Part shown: piece by piece, positions 31,253-42,059 of the stretch
How positions within the stretch are numbered: the stretch's first letter is position 1
Layout of the letters: every line of letters starts with the position of its first letter
Origin: Candidatus Hydrogenedentota bacterium
Lineage (GTDB): Bacteria > Hydrogenedentota > Hydrogenedentia > Hydrogenedentales > SLHB01
Assembly: GCA_963668025.2 (NCBI GenBank)
Contig: CAXXTH010000008.1
Location: 1 to 64,000 of the forward strand
Length of the DNA stretch: 64,000 nucleotides
Direction of reading: 5' to 3'
Made by a program: the position numbers and the translations under genes
Notes under the pieces: generated by a model
Databases searched by the model: none
What the model was told of the DNA's origin: nothing
The model's input: only the letters and a program-made list of their open reading frames with translations

Positions 31253-31617
31253 GAAAATACTAGCTCTAACAAGTTGATATAAATTGATTTACACAGAAAA
31301 TCCTCGCAAGAAAACAACATTTTGACGGCTAGTAGTACGAACTACACGAAAAATGGATGCGATTTTGTAGTTTTGTAGGGCTTGCCCCGCCGATCAAGGG
31401 AGGAGCCCACCAATATATCCGGCAAGGATTGAAAGACGTAACAAGTTTATATGCTTTGGTTTACTCGGGGATTTTTTTGGGAAAGCAAAAAAATTGGCTG
31501 CTAGTAGCATAGAGGCCGTTTTCGTCTCTTGCGGTGGTGGTGGTTTCTCGGTTAATCTCGTTCTTTAGCCCATTTGACCGCAGTGGGGCGGTCTGAACCT
31601 ACAGGGGCCACTTATTT

Positions 31618-33021
31618 ATGGCCGCAATGAAGTCTTTCTGCATCAAAAAAGGGTTGTCGCTGCCGATTTCGGGCGAACCCATCCAAGAAATCGAGAGCGC
31701 CCGGCAACCCAGCCACGTGGCGCTGCTCGCCGCTGATTATTTAGGCATGAAACCTACCATGCTGGTGCTGCAGGATGATCGGGTCAAGCGCGGCCAGCCT
31801 CTCTTCGAAGACAAGAAACAGCCTGGCATTCTATACACCTCGCCTGGCGCAGGGAAGGTCGTTGCGGTTAATCGAGGTGAACGGCGCGCCCTCCAATCCG
31901 TAGTGATTGAGTTGAACGACAACGAGCGTTCCGGCAAGGTGGACGCCAGCGCCGCGCGCACGGAAGATGAGGCCGTCTTCCAATCGTATACAGGCAAGAA
32001 TATCGCCAGTTTGAACCGGCAAGAGATCAGAAGCTTGCTACTGGAGTCTGGCTTATGGACGGCGTTCCGGACACGGCCGTTCAGTAAAGCGCCCGCAATG
32101 GATAGCGAGCCGCATTCGATTTTCGTGACCGCCATGGACACGAATCCTTTAGCCCCTTCCATGGATGCCATTCTGGAAGGTCAGCAAGAAGACTTCGAGC
32201 GCGGGATGATCGCCCTCGCCAAGCTCTGCGAAGGATTCGTCTACGTCTGTAAGGCCAAAGGCTCGAAGATCAGCGTCAATCCCAATACAGGCGCGTCACT
32301 AGCCGAGTTTGACGGCATACACCCGGCGGGAACCGCCGGCGTCCATATTCATTTCCTTGATCCCGTGTATCGAGGCAAAACAGTCTGGCACTTGGGCGCG
32401 CAAGACGCCATCGCCATAGGCCGTTTGCTTGCGACGGGCCGCTTGCCCGTGGAACGGATTATTTCGCTCGCAGGCCCGCAAGTGCAAAAGCCGCGCCTGC
32501 TGCGCACGCGCCTCGGCGCTTCGACGGAAACATTGTGCCAAGGTGAATTGAAAGAAGGCGATAATCGAATCCTATCGGGGTCCGTGTTGTCGGGCCATGC
32601 GGCTGGTGGGCCAACGCATGGCTACCTGGGCCGGTATGCCCAGCAAATCTCTGTTTTGCGCGAAGGCCGCGAACGGGAATTCATGGGTTGGATGATGCCT
32701 GGCGCGGATAAATTCAGCATCTCGCGCACGTTTCTATCTACGTTCAACAAAAGCAAAAAATACGATTTTACCACCACCACCAATGGCTCCGCGCGCGCCA
32801 TGGTGCCGTTTGGCTATTTCGAGCGGGTGATGCCCATGGATTTGATGCCGACCCATCTGCTGCGCGCGCTCGTCATCGGCGATCTGGAACAAGCCGAGCA
32901 GTTGGGCTGTTTGGAATTGGATGAAGAAGATTTGGCGCTGTGTTCGTTTGTGTGCGCGGGAAAAATCGATTATGGCTTCCATCTCCGCAAGACCCTCGAA
33001 GCCATTGAGAAAGAAGGCTAA
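31618..33021 (+). CDS. nqrA: Na+-translocating NADH:quinone reductase subunit A
   Basis: [41 protein letters not shown]. Confidence 0.97.
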   Translation: MAAMKSFCIKKGLSLPISGEPIQEIESARQPSHVALLAADYLGMKPTMLVLQDDRVKRGQPLFEDKKQPGILYTSPGAGKVVAVNRGERRALQSVVIELNDNERSGKVDASAARTEDEAVFQSYTGKNIASLNRQEIRSLLLESGLWTAFRTRPFSKAPAMDSEPHSIFVTAMDTNPLAPSMDAILEGQQEDFERGMIALAKLCEGFVYVCKAKGSKISVNPNTGASLAEFDGIHPAGTAGVHIHFLDPVYRGKTVWHLGAQDAIAIGRLLATGRLPVERIISLAGPQVQKPRLLRTRLGASTETLCQGELKEGDNRILSGSVLSGHAAGGPTHGYLGRYAQQISVLREGREREFMGWMMPGADKFSISRTFLSTFNKSKKYDFTTTTNGSARAMVPFGYFERVMPMDLMPTHLLRALVIGDLEQAEQLGCLELDEEDLALCSFVCAGKIDYGFHLRKTLEAIEKEG

Positions 33022-34268
33022 TGAAACCGCTTCTTGAATTCATGCACAAACAGGCGAAGCTGTTCGAAAAAGGCGGCAAGCTCGCGTTGTTCTACCCGAT
33101 GTGGGAAGCGCTCGACACTTTCCTCTTCACGCCGGGGCAAGTGACGGATGACGCGCCGCATGTGCGCGACGCGGGCGACCTCAAACGTCTCATGACGACC
33201 GTGGTGATCGCCCTCGCGCCCTGCATGCTCATGGCCATGTACAACACGGGCTATCAAGCCCATCTGGCCATCCAGGCAGGCTGCCAGCCGCTCGATAATT
33301 GGCAAACCGCCCTGATGCAGGCGATGGGCCTGCCATTTTCGCCAGCGAATCTCCTAGCCTGCTTCCTGCACGGCGCGTTGTACTACCTGCCAATTTATAT
33401 CGTCACGCTCACCGTGGGCGGCCTTATCGAGGTGGCCTTCTCGATTGTGCGCAAACACGATGTCAACGAAGGTTTTTTGGTCACCAGCGCCCTCTTTCCC
33501 CTGACGCTTCCCGCCACTATCCCTTTGTGGCAAGTGGCCCTCGGGATCGCCTTCGGCGTGATCTTCGGCAAAGAGGTCTTTGGCGGCACGGGGATGAACA
33601 TCTTCAATCCCGCCTTGGTGTCACGCGCGTTTCTCTATTTCGCCTACCCGGCGTACATATCGGGCGACAAGGCCTGGATCGCCGCACAGACCAAGCCCGA
33701 CGCCTATAGCGGCGCGACGTGGCTGTCGGTGTTGAAAGAGCAGGGTTTGGATGGTTTCCAGCAAGGACTGGGGCCGAATCGGCCGGGCCTCACGTGGTGG
33801 GATTCATTTCTGGGTTTCGAGCCCGGCTCGATGGGTGAGACCAGTATGCTCCTGATCCTCATCGGAGCCGCGATTATTGTCTTCACCCGCGTCGCTTCTT
33901 GGCGCGTTATCGCGGGATGTTTCGCGGGCAGCGCCGCCATGAGCATCGGATTCAACCTGCTCCACATGGCAGGCGTCGGCGGAAACTATCTGGCGGTTCC
34001 CTTCTGGTGGCACTGGGTGCTCGGCGGCTTCGCATTCGGGGCGGTGTTCATGGCCACCGATCCGGTATCCTCGCCTTTCACCGAGAGGGGCAAGTGGATT
34101 TATGGCATGATGATAGGCGCTTTCGGCGTCATGGTGCGCACCCTGAACCCCGCGTATCCGGAAAGCTGGATGCTCGCGATCTTGTTCATGAACATGTTTG
34201 CTCCCCTGATCGATCACTTCGTCGTTCGGGCGAACATCAAGAGAAGGATGGCCCGGTATGCAGCGTAG
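33021..34268 (+). CDS. nqrB: Na+-NQR subunit B
   Basis: HVRD..DLKR, KEVFGGTG, FMN site SGAT, GSMGETS, MATDPVS. Confidence 0.97.
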   Translation: MKPLLEFMHKQAKLFEKGGKLALFYPMWEALDTFLFTPGQVTDDAPHVRDAGDLKRLMTTVVIALAPCMLMAMYNTGYQAHLAIQAGCQPLDNWQTALMQAMGLPFSPANLLACFLHGALYYLPIYIVTLTVGGLIEVAFSIVRKHDVNEGFLVTSALFPLTLPATIPLWQVALGIAFGVIFGKEVFGGTGMNIFNPALVSRAFLYFAYPAYISGDKAWIAAQTKPDAYSGATWLSVLKEQGLDGFQQGLGPNRPGLTWWDSFLGFEPGSMGETSMLLILIGAAIIVFTRVASWRVIAGCFAGSAAMSIGFNLLHMAGVGGNYLAVPFWWHWVLGGFAFGAVFMATDPVSSPFTERGKWIYGMMIGAFGVMVRTLNPAYPESWMLAILFMNMFAPLIDHFVVRANIKRRMARYAA

Positions 34269-35037
34269 TGGAACGGCTTATACGCTGGTCTTCTCGGCGG
34301 TCATGTGCATCGTCTGCTCGATCATGGTGGCGGGCGCGGCGGTGCTCTTCAAGCCCAAACAAGATGAGAATGCCGTGCTGTTTCAGATGAAGCAAGTGCT
34401 ATTGGTCTCGGGATTGATCAAACAGGGCGAAGAACCGCCCGCCGCCGAGATCAAGAAACGCTTCGCGGACAACATCCAGGTGCATTACATCGATTTGAAG
34501 ACTGGCGATAATACGGACGGACAAACGCCCGCTGGATATAATCCCGTGAAGGCCCTGGGCGACGCCTCGACGAGCTATAAAGCGCCCGAAAATAATGCCG
34601 GCGTCATGACGCTTCCCAAGTATGCCGTCGTGCATCAGTTGATGCGGAACGGCCAGGTCGAGATGAATATCCTTCAGATCTGGGGCCAAGGACTCTGGTC
34701 CACCATGTACGGCTATCTCGCATTGGATAAAGACGGAAACACCATCCAGGGCCTTACCTATTATCAACAAGGTGAGACGCCTGGTTTGGGCGGTGAGGTG
34801 GACAATCCCAAATGGAAAGCCAGATGGCCGGGCCGCAAGGCGTTTGATGCCGAAGGCAAGCCCGTGGTGGCCATGCGCAAAGGCGGCGCAGGCTCCATCG
34901 AGGATGATCCCCATGGATTCGATGCCCTGTCTGGCGCCACAATCACCAGCCGCGCCGTCGAGCACATGCTCAATTTCTGGCTGGGCCCTGACGGATATGC
35001 GCCATACTTGGAGCGGTTTCATAGCGGAGTAAGGTGA
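34258..35037 (+). CDS. nqrC: Na+-NQR subunit C
   Basis: GLWS, ETPGLGGEVDNP, FMN site DALSGATITS. Confidence 0.96.
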   Translation: MQRSGTAYTLVFSAVMCIVCSIMVAGAAVLFKPKQDENAVLFQMKQVLLVSGLIKQGEEPPAAEIKKRFADNIQVHYIDLKTGDNTDGQTPAGYNPVKALGDASTSYKAPENNAGVMTLPKYAVVHQLMRNGQVEMNILQIWGQGLWSTMYGYLALDKDGNTIQGLTYYQQGETPGLGGEVDNPKWKARWPGRKAFDAEGKPVVAMRKGGAGSIEDDPHGFDALSGATITSRAVEHMLNFWLGPDGYAPYLERFHSGVR

Positions 35038-35119
35038 GAATAAAAAAGCAAGCATGCAAATCTACCCATGCTACGAATACAACACGTCATTTAGTTAGGT
35101 AAATGATGGGAAAACTGAA

Positions 35120-35773
35120 ATGAAACCATACAATCCAATTAGTTTCAAAGTCAGTGCGTGTAACTGTCCTTTTTGTGGAGCTTATTCCGCTCAGCATTGG
35201 TTAGGTGCCACATCGACAGAGCTAAAAAATAAAAGTTATCTAGGTAAAAGTCCATTCATATTTTCGTTCTGTGAACATTGCCGAAAGCAGACTGTCTGGT
35301 TAGAGGGCAAAATGGTATATCCTTTCAGCGGATCTGCACCTTTACCTAATGCAGATATGCCGCATGATATGAGGGAAGACTTTGAAGAGGCAAGAAACAT
35401 CGTAGAACACTCCCCAAGAGGCGCGATGGCATTGCTGAGATTGGCAGTTCAGAAGTTTTGTATACACCTTGGAGAGAATGGCAAGAATATTAATACAGAT
35501 ATTGGGAAACTTGTCGCAAAGGGCTTGCCAGGGAAAATGCAGCAAGCTCTAGACAGTGTCCGAGTGATAGGGAATAACGCTGTTCATCCCGGCCAGATAG
35601 ATTTAAAGGATGATAGGGAAAGTGCATACAAACTGTTTGGGTTCATAAATATTATGGTTGATATTCTTATAACACAGCCCAAAAGCATTGATGAATTCTA
35701 TGACCTGAAGATTCCGCCGAATCAAAAAGATGCTATAGCGGAAAGAGATGGCAAGATAGAACCGAACAGTTGA
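35120..35773 (+). CDS. DUF4145 (HEPN-superfamily) protein with N-terminal Zn ribbon
   Basis: CPFC/CEHC, EA....SPRGA..LLR, RVIGNNAVHPG; AT-rich coding. Confidence 0.88.
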   Translation: MKPYNPISFKVSACNCPFCGAYSAQHWLGATSTELKNKSYLGKSPFIFSFCEHCRKQTVWLEGKMVYPFSGSAPLPNADMPHDMREDFEEARNIVEHSPRGAMALLRLAVQKFCIHLGENGKNINTDIGKLVAKGLPGKMQQALDSVRVIGNNAVHPGQIDLKDDRESAYKLFGFINIMVDILITQPKSIDEFYDLKIPPNQKDAIAERDGKIEPNS

Positions 35774-35809
35774 TTTGCTGGTTCGCCAAACAGAGGAATT
35801 GGTTGCCAA

Positions 35810-36184
35810 TTGTGCATTGAGCAGAATAGTAAGGAAACCCGGACGCCACGCGATTTCGTGGATGAGGCCATTCTTCGCGCCATGACGGAAGCAATTGTCG
35901 ATGCCATTGATCCCGATGAAGTTATTTTGTTTGGTTCACAGGCCAAGGATGCCGCGCATGAAGGTTCCGACGTTGATCTGCTAGTGATTGTTCCTGATAC
36001 GCCATATATTGTCCGGCACCGCAGTGCGGAAACAGGGCGTTTATATCGTTCATTGAAGCGTTTCCGGGTGTCGAAAGACATATTACTGTACACGCGTTCG
36101 GAAGCTGAACACTGGAGAAACACGGCAGGCCATGTAGTGGCGTCGGGATATGCGGAAGGCAGGCTGCTGTATGAGCGCCAATGA
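35810..36184 (+). CDS. Minimal nucleotidyltransferase (MNT antitoxin-like)
   Basis: VILFGSQA...SDVDLLVI, EGRLLYE. Confidence 0.88.
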   Translation: MCIEQNSKETRTPRDFVDEAILRAMTEAIVDAIDPDEVILFGSQAKDAAHEGSDVDLLVIVPDTPYIVRHRSAETGRLYRSLKRFRVSKDILLYTRSEAEHWRNTAGHVVASGYAEGRLLYERQ

Positions 36185-36197
36185 GGCATTGAACTTA

Positions 36198-36323
36198 TTT
36201 GGTAACACTTTAGCCATCTGGAGCAAAAACATTGGACTGATTTTTTAAACCGCGAATAGATGCGAATAAACGCGAATACATGGCAAATCTCCGTTAAAGG
36301 AATATTTTTTTGACAGGATTTAC
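36198..36323 (+). repeat. Dispersed ~125-bp element starting GGTAACACTTTAGCCATCTG
   Basis: Highly similar to the reverse complement of 58473-58609. Confidence 0.8.
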
Positions 36324-36428
36324 AAGATGAACAAGATTTTTTGTAACACTTTAGCAACTGAAGCAGGTTTGGCTTTATGAAGAATCGTTGCGATCTAGTC
36401 CAATCTTGTGCATCTTGTAAATCCTGTC
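36312..36428. repeat. 27-bp inverted repeat with 9-nt periodicity (ACAGGATTT/ACAAGATGA)
   Basis: 36312-36338 versus 36402-36428. Confidence 0.75.
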
Positions 36429-36511
36429 TAAAAAAAGCTGCCATAGCTTTAGTCGGCTAGAGTATTACCTTATTTGTAACCGCTGCCCAAGCGGCGCTGG
36501 AGGAATAACAA

Positions 36512-37144
36512 ATGGCGGTGTTTGGCAAGGAAGAACGCGAGGCGTTTTTCGATCCCGTTTTTGAAAACAATCCGATAGCGTTACAGGTGCTGGGCATCTG
36601 CAGCGCGCTGGCGGTCACCACGCAAATGAAAACGGCGCTGGTCATGTCGATTGCCTTGACGGTGGTGACGGGCTTCTCGAATCTGGCGGTGAGCCTGATT
36701 CGCAACAGCACGCCCTTTTCCGTGCGCCTCATTGTCCAAATGACCGTCATTTCCTCCATTGTGATTGTCGTGGACCAATTCATGCGGGCCTACCTGTTTT
36801 CCGTAAGCCAGCAATTGAGCGTGTATGTCGGTTTGATCATCACGAATTGCATCGTGCTGGGCCGCGCCGAAGGCTACGCCATGCAGAATCCGCCCTGGCG
36901 CAGTTTCATCGACGGCATCGGCAACGGCGCGGGATATAGTGTCATCCTCGTTGCGCTCGCCGTCTTTCGTGAACTCTTCGGTTCCGGGCGGCTATTGGGT
37001 TATCAGATTCTGCCATTAGTCACGGATGGCGGCTGGTATGTGCCTAACGGCTTGCTGCTGCTGGCCCCGGCGGCGTTTTTCCTGATCGCGGTGATCATCT
37101 GGATATTGCGCACCGTAAAGCCCAACCAGGTGGAGGTGGACTGA
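36512..37144 (+). CDS. nqrD: Na+-NQR subunit D
   Basis: [32 protein letters not shown]. Confidence 0.97.
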   Translation: MAVFGKEEREAFFDPVFENNPIALQVLGICSALAVTTQMKTALVMSIALTVVTGFSNLAVSLIRNSTPFSVRLIVQMTVISSIVIVVDQFMRAYLFSVSQQLSVYVGLIITNCIVLGRAEGYAMQNPPWRSFIDGIGNGAGYSVILVALAVFRELFGSGRLLGYQILPLVTDGGWYVPNGLLLLAPAAFFLIAVIIWILRTVKPNQVEVD

Positions 37145-37145
37145 T

Positions 37146-37763
37146 ATGCTCGAGCATTACTTGAGCCTCGGCGTTAAATCGATCTTCATCGAAAACATGG
37201 CCTTGGCCTTCTTCCTGGGCATGTGCTCGTTTCTAAACTCCTCGAAAAAGCTCGATACCGCCATGGGCCTGGGCGCGGCGGTGGTGTTCGTACAGATAAT
37301 GACAGTGCCCTTAAACAACCTTATCTATATGCATTTGCTTAGGGAAGGCGCGCTGGCTTGGGTGCATCCGTCATTTGCCCGCTTGGATCTCTCGTTTCTC
37401 GCCTTTCTCACCTTCATGGGCAGCATCGCGGCAGCCGTGCAATTGGTCGAGATGGCGCTGGACAAATACATGCCCAAGTTATACATCGCGCTGGGCGTTT
37501 TCCTGCCATTGATTACGGTGAACTGCGCCATTCTAGGCGGTTCGCTCTTCATGATGCAGCGCGAATACGATTTCGGCGAAAGCGTAGTGTATGGATTCGG
37601 CTCCGGGGCGGGTTGGGCGCTGGCGATCATCGCGCTGGCGGCCATTCGCGAGAAGATGCGGTATAGCAACGTGCCGCCTGCCTTGCGCGGCCTCGGCATT
37701 TCATTTATCACGGCAGGGCTGATGGCGATAGCGTTCATGTCCTTCTCGGGAATTCAGTTGTAA
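37146..37763 (+). CDS. nqrE: Na+-NQR subunit E
   Basis: [36 protein letters not shown]. Confidence 0.97.
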   Translation: MLEHYLSLGVKSIFIENMALAFFLGMCSFLNSSKKLDTAMGLGAAVVFVQIMTVPLNNLIYMHLLREGALAWVHPSFARLDLSFLAFLTFMGSIAAAVQLVEMALDKYMPKLYIALGVFLPLITVNCAILGGSLFMMQREYDFGESVVYGFGSGAGWALAIIALAAIREKMRYSNVPPALRGLGISFITAGLMAIAFMSFSGIQL

Positions 37764-37824
37764 CGCCGTTCGATTGGGCCAGCCGCCGCAACCGGCGCAG
37801 GCCTCAAAATAGAGGGTATAGGCG

Positions 37825-39069
37825 ATGTTAACCATTATCATGGGAATGTTCATGTTCTCATTTATCATCGTGGGGCTGGTGGTGTTACTCATGGCCGCGA
37901 AGGCGAAGCTCGTGAGCGTCGGGAATGTGGATATCGTCATTAACGACGATCAAAACAAGACCCTCCAAGCGGCGGTAGGTTCGAGCCTCCTCAGTACCCT
38001 GGCCCAGCAAAAAATCTATATCCCGTCCGCCTGTGGCGGCAAAGGCAGTTGCGGCGTATGTAAAGTCACCGTGAAGGAAATCGGCGGCCAGGCGGGCGGC
38101 GGCGCGCTGCTCCCCACGGAACTCAATTTCATCAGCCGGGGCGCGGCCCGCGAGGGACGGCGTTTATCTTGCCAGCTTAAAGTAAAGCAGAATATGAAGA
38201 TCGAGGTGCCGCCGGAGATCTTCAGCGTCCAGCAATGGCAATGCAAGGTGCGCTCGAATCGCAATGTCGCCACCTTTATAAAAGAATTGGTGCTCGAACT
38301 GCCCGAAGGCCAGCATGTCCCTTTCCGCGCGGGCGGTTATATCCAGACTCTATGCCCGCCGCATAAAGTGTCTTATAAGGATTTCGATATTGATGAGCGG
38401 TTCCGGGAAGACTGGGATAAGTTCAATCTGTGGCGATTCGAGTCGGTTTGTGAAGAAAATGTCAGCCGTGCGTATAGCATGGCCAACTATCCCGAAGAGC
38501 GCGGTATTATCATGCTGAATGTACGCATCGCTTCACCGCCGCCGCGCTCGCCCGAAGGCACCCCGCCCGGCATCATGTCGTCTTATATTTTCAACCTCAA
38601 ACCAGGTGATGAAGTGACCATTTCGGGCCCCTTTGGCGAATTTTTCGCCAAAGATACCAGCGCTGAGATGGTGTTCATCGGCGGCGGCGCGGGCATGGCT
38701 CCCATGCGCTCCCATATCTTCGACCAATTGCACCGCCTAGATTCCAAACGTAAAATGTCCTTCTGGTACGGTGCGCGCAGCCTCCGCGAGGCGTTCTATG
38801 TGGAGGAGTTCGATGCCATCCAAAAAGAGCATGATAATTTCAAATGGCATTTGGCCCTTTCCGAACCGTTGTCCGAGGATAATTGGAATGGCTATATCGG
38901 TTTTATCCACCAAGTGTTGTATAACCACTATTTAAAAAATCATTCCACCCCCGAGGACTGCGAATACTACATTTGCGGCCCCCCGATGATGCTTTCGGCG
39001 GTTACAAACATGCTGCACGACTTAGGCGTCGAAGATGAAAATATCCTCTTCGATGATTTTGGCAGCTAA
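37825..39069 (+). CDS. nqrF: Na+-NQR subunit F
   Basis: [41 protein letters not shown]. Confidence 0.98.
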   Translation: MLTIIMGMFMFSFIIVGLVVLLMAAKAKLVSVGNVDIVINDDQNKTLQAAVGSSLLSTLAQQKIYIPSACGGKGSCGVCKVTVKEIGGQAGGGALLPTELNFISRGAAREGRRLSCQLKVKQNMKIEVPPEIFSVQQWQCKVRSNRNVATFIKELVLELPEGQHVPFRAGGYIQTLCPPHKVSYKDFDIDERFREDWDKFNLWRFESVCEENVSRAYSMANYPEERGIIMLNVRIASPPPRSPEGTPPGIMSSYIFNLKPGDEVTISGPFGEFFAKDTSAEMVFIGGGAGMAPMRSHIFDQLHRLDSKRKMSFWYGARSLREAFYVEEFDAIQKEHDNFKWHLALSEPLSEDNWNGYIGFIHQVLYNHYLKNHSTPEDCEYYICGPPMMLSAVTNMLHDLGVEDENILFDDFGS

Positions 39070-39111
39070 CCGTAAAGACCTTCCTAACTGTTTGAGTGTG
39101 GAGTAGCTTCC

Positions 39112-40182
39112 ATGAATGCCAGATTTGTTTCGCGCGGCTTGCCATACAAACCATGCCCCCCTTGCATGGCCGTTTTTTGCATATCGCTTCTCGTGCTTAC
39201 GGCAGGATGTCATAAAACGCCCAATACGGCGGAAATCACGGGCAAAACCATGGGCACCACGTATACGGTGAAAGCCGTCGTGGAACCGGATGCGAATCCC
39301 GAAACCGTGGCGAAACTGGGCGATATCGTGCAAAACGCCGTGGACGAAGTGAATAACCGCATGTCCACTTTCAAGCAAGATTCGGAGTTGTCAAAATTCA
39401 ATCAATTCCAGGATACCGCGCCATTTCAGATTTCCCGCGAAATGATGGAGGTATTCACTTTGGCATGGCGCGTGAGCGCAGAAACCGGAGGCGCTTTCGA
39501 TGTCACCGTCGGGCCTCTTGTAAATGCCTGGGGTTTTGGCCCGCCCGGCCATGAAACTAAGCCGCCCACGGACGAAGAATTAGCGGCATTGCGGGAACGG
39601 GTAGGGTATGAGAAAGTCGAAATAGACCCTGATGCCTGCACCCTCCGCAAAACCCGGCCTGATATTTATTGTGATTTATCGGCCATCGCCAAGGGATATG
39701 GCGTGGATCAAGTAGCCAAAGCGCTTGAGGCGGCAGGTTTTCAACGCTACATGGTCGAAGTGGGAGGGGAGGTGCGCACTTTAGGGGTGAATAGCGCGGG
39801 CGAGCCATGGCGTATCGCCATCGAACAGCCTACCCCCGATGAGCGTTCCATCGAGAAAGTCGTGCCCTTAAACGGATGGTCCATGGCGACCTCGGGCGAT
39901 TACCGGAATTTCCGGCAAGTGGACGGGCAGACCTTCTCACATGAGATTGATCCGCATACGGGACGCCCCATCCAGCATAAACTGGCCGCCGCAAGTGTTA
40001 TCGCTAAAGACTGCGCCACTGCCGATGCCTACGCGACAGGCATGATGGTGCTGGGTCCGGAAGCAGGCATGGCGCTGGCCCAAAAAGAAGGACTCATTGT
40101 GCTGCTCATCTTGCATGGCGAAAACGGCGGCTTCAAGGTGGAAACATCAAGAGCCTTCGACCAATTTATCAATCCAGAATAA
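39112..40182 (+). CDS. apbE: FAD:protein FMN transferase lipoprotein
   Basis: Lipobox LTAGC, TMGTTY, DLSAIAKGYGVD, ATSGDYRN, ADAYAT. Confidence 0.96.
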   Translation: MNARFVSRGLPYKPCPPCMAVFCISLLVLTAGCHKTPNTAEITGKTMGTTYTVKAVVEPDANPETVAKLGDIVQNAVDEVNNRMSTFKQDSELSKFNQFQDTAPFQISREMMEVFTLAWRVSAETGGAFDVTVGPLVNAWGFGPPGHETKPPTDEELAALRERVGYEKVEIDPDACTLRKTRPDIYCDLSAIAKGYGVDQVAKALEAAGFQRYMVEVGGEVRTLGVNSAGEPWRIAIEQPTPDERSIEKVVPLNGWSMATSGDYRNFRQVDGQTFSHEIDPHTGRPIQHKLAAASVIAKDCATADAYATGMMVLGPEAGMALAQKEGLIVLLILHGENGGFKVETSRAFDQFINPE

Positions 40183-40194
40183 TATTCGCTCTTC

Positions 40195-40217
40195 GTGGCA
40201 TGGGCGTCCCGCCCATG
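40195..40217 (+). repeat. REP-like palindrome
   Basis: GTGGCATGGGCGTCCCGCCCATG, same family as 3959. Confidence 0.7.
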
Positions 40218-40259
40218 CGAGCCGCTGTTCGGACAGTATAAAAAGGTGGTTTTATCGCC

Positions 40260-40466
40260 ATGGCCGTTTTTTTATTGAGCACGCTTATCGTCGGAGCAGT
40301 ATTTCTCCTGCTCAGCATCGGCGTCATATGCCACAAGCGTACGCCCCTGAAAAGCTGCGGCGGCGCACGAAACATCGGCCTGGATGGACGCCCGGCCCAA
40401 TGCGCTTCCTGCGCCCAATCCGGTGAAGGCCGCGGCGATGCCTGCGGCCGTGATGATACGCAATAA
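40260..40466 (+). CDS. nqrM: Na+-NQR maturation protein
   Basis: One TM helix, LKSCGG followed by CxxC...C, located after apbE. Confidence 0.8.
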   Translation: MAVFLLSTLIVGAVFLLLSIGVICHKRTPLKSCGGARNIGLDGRPAQCASCAQSGEGRGDACGRDDTQ

Positions 40467-40469
40467 ACG

Positions 40470-41477
40470 TCAAGCCGGCCTGTTCCGGGGGGCCGCGAGC
40501 TTAATCACCAGCAATTCCAGGGCAAGTGAACGGTCAACTCCCGTGGAGCGAAAGAGCAGGTCTGTCTCGATGCAAAGGGCGAAGGCGTCCCTGAATTTAG
40601 CCAGGCCGAGCTTAGTTGCAAGGGGCTTGACTTTATCGGCGGCAAACCGATTAATGCTGGCCCCCGCCTCACCGCCCGCGGCCACGCCGTATGCCGTGCG
40701 CAGGAGCCAGTTAATCGAGCCCAAAATCTGAAATTCGTTCTTGTTCGGTTCGATGAGTTCCCGGAGCACGCGAATGGCCTTGGTGGTGTTCGATGCGGCG
40801 ATGGCGTCCGTGAGCGCCCATACTTCTTCTTCATCCACATCGGAACAGGCGGCTTCTACATCCTTTTCCTCGATGGATTCCCGTTCGCCAATGTAGTTGC
40901 AGATGATTTCAACCGCGTTCCGTACATCCGAAAGGTGCTTGCCCGTGCGGGCGAAGAGCTGCTGCAATGCCGCTGTTTGTATCGTTTTACCGCGCGCCTC
41001 AATCTCTCGCCTTGCCCATTTGAGCACTTCATCTTCTTTGAGTTCCGGGCACTCGACAATGCGGCCCGCGCGTTCACATACTTTGAAGAGTTTCAACCGC
41101 CGGTCGATTTGGGTGGCCACCAGCAGCATCAACGTGGTGTCCGAAGGCGTTTCGATATAAGACAGGATGGGCTTCCCTACGGTCTCGAATTGGTAATGGT
41201 CCGCGCGATGCACGACAATCACCCGGCGTTCCGTAAGAAAGGGTACGGTCAGCGCATTATTCACCACCTCGCGCGGATCGGATTCATCCGCATAATACAT
41301 CGTGAAGCATAAATCACGCATCGAAGGCTCCACGAAGCGCTCGATAGCGGCTTGCACCGCTTGTTCCGCGAGCATGGGCTCATAAGTGGAAACCTTCGGG
41401 CCTTTATGAGGGCAGAATAAATAGACCGGCGCGGGAACGCCTGAGGCGATTTCCTTGTGGAATTCGGCGATATTCAC
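40470..41477 (-). CDS. holA: DNA polymerase III delta subunit
   Basis: PVYLF, TVPFLTERRVIVV, VWALTDAI, LELLVIKL; lptE-holA synteny. Confidence 0.9.
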   Translation of the reverse strand: MNIAEFHKEIASGVPAPVYLFCPHKGPKVSTYEPMLAEQAVQAAIERFVEPSMRDLCFTMYYADESDPREVVNNALTVPFLTERRVIVVHRADHYQFETVGKPILSYIETPSDTTLMLLVATQIDRRLKLFKVCERAGRIVECPELKEDEVLKWARREIEARGKTIQTAALQQLFARTGKHLSDVRNAVEIICNYIGERESIEEKDVEAACSDVDEEEVWALTDAIAASNTTKAIRVLRELIEPNKNEFQILGSINWLLRTAYGVAAGGEAGASINRFAADKVKPLATKLGLAKFRDAFALCIETDLLFRSTGVDRSLALELLVIKLAAPRNRPA

Positions 41478-41483
41478 GGCTGG

Positions 41484-42050
41484 CTACCAGGGTTCGATGG
41501 TGCGATAAAAGATATCCGAGGCCAATTGTTCGAGGGCTTCGCTTGCGCCTTGATTCTCTTCTTCCGACGCGAAAGAACGCACCGCAGGCAAATATACTTC
41601 GGCGTTTCCACGCAACCGGTCGGAAGACTGCCCCGTGGCCCGCGTATAGAAGCTTGCCTCGCCTGTCATGGCCCGCTCTTCCCAAAGCACCTCGCCCGTC
41701 TTACCATCCGAGCAACGCACGCCCGCCAGAACAACACACATATACTGTGTGACTTCGTCATTGAGATCGTCCGTCAGGCCTTTTAGCTTATAATCCCGGA
41801 TAACACCCTCAAGAATAAGGTCCGCATTATCCTGTTCCACGAGGCGCAAACGGCCATCCGTGATAAATTTGCGGCGCAACGCATTCGACAGCGGCGCTTG
41901 TAAATCATATTCCTTGCCGATATTTTGAAACGCGGTGACATACACCGTCTGGTACTTCGGATCAAGGGAACTCATGGTTGAATACCCACATCCGGAGAGC
42001 AGCCCGGCGAGACTTATTGCCCATATCACTAGAACGGCTTGCCGTTTCAT
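41484..42050 (-). CDS. lptE: LptE-family lipoprotein
   Basis: Lipobox LSGCGY, ADLILEG; position between bamD and holA. Confidence 0.8.
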   Translation of the reverse strand: MKRQAVLVIWAISLAGLLSGCGYSTMSSLDPKYQTVYVTAFQNIGKEYDLQAPLSNALRRKFITDGRLRLVEQDNADLILEGVIRDYKLKGLTDDLNDEVTQYMCVVLAGVRCSDGKTGEVLWEERAMTGEASFYTRATGQSSDRLRGNAEVYLPAVRSFASEEENQGASEALEQLASDIFYRTIEPW

Positions 42051-42059
42051 ATACTTGCC

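Noticed and set aside
30750-31617. Riboswitch or ncRNA (e.g. Na+-sensing) upstream of nqrA
   Set aside because: Only small hairpins are visible and I recognise no consensus; an Rfam/Infernal scan would be needed
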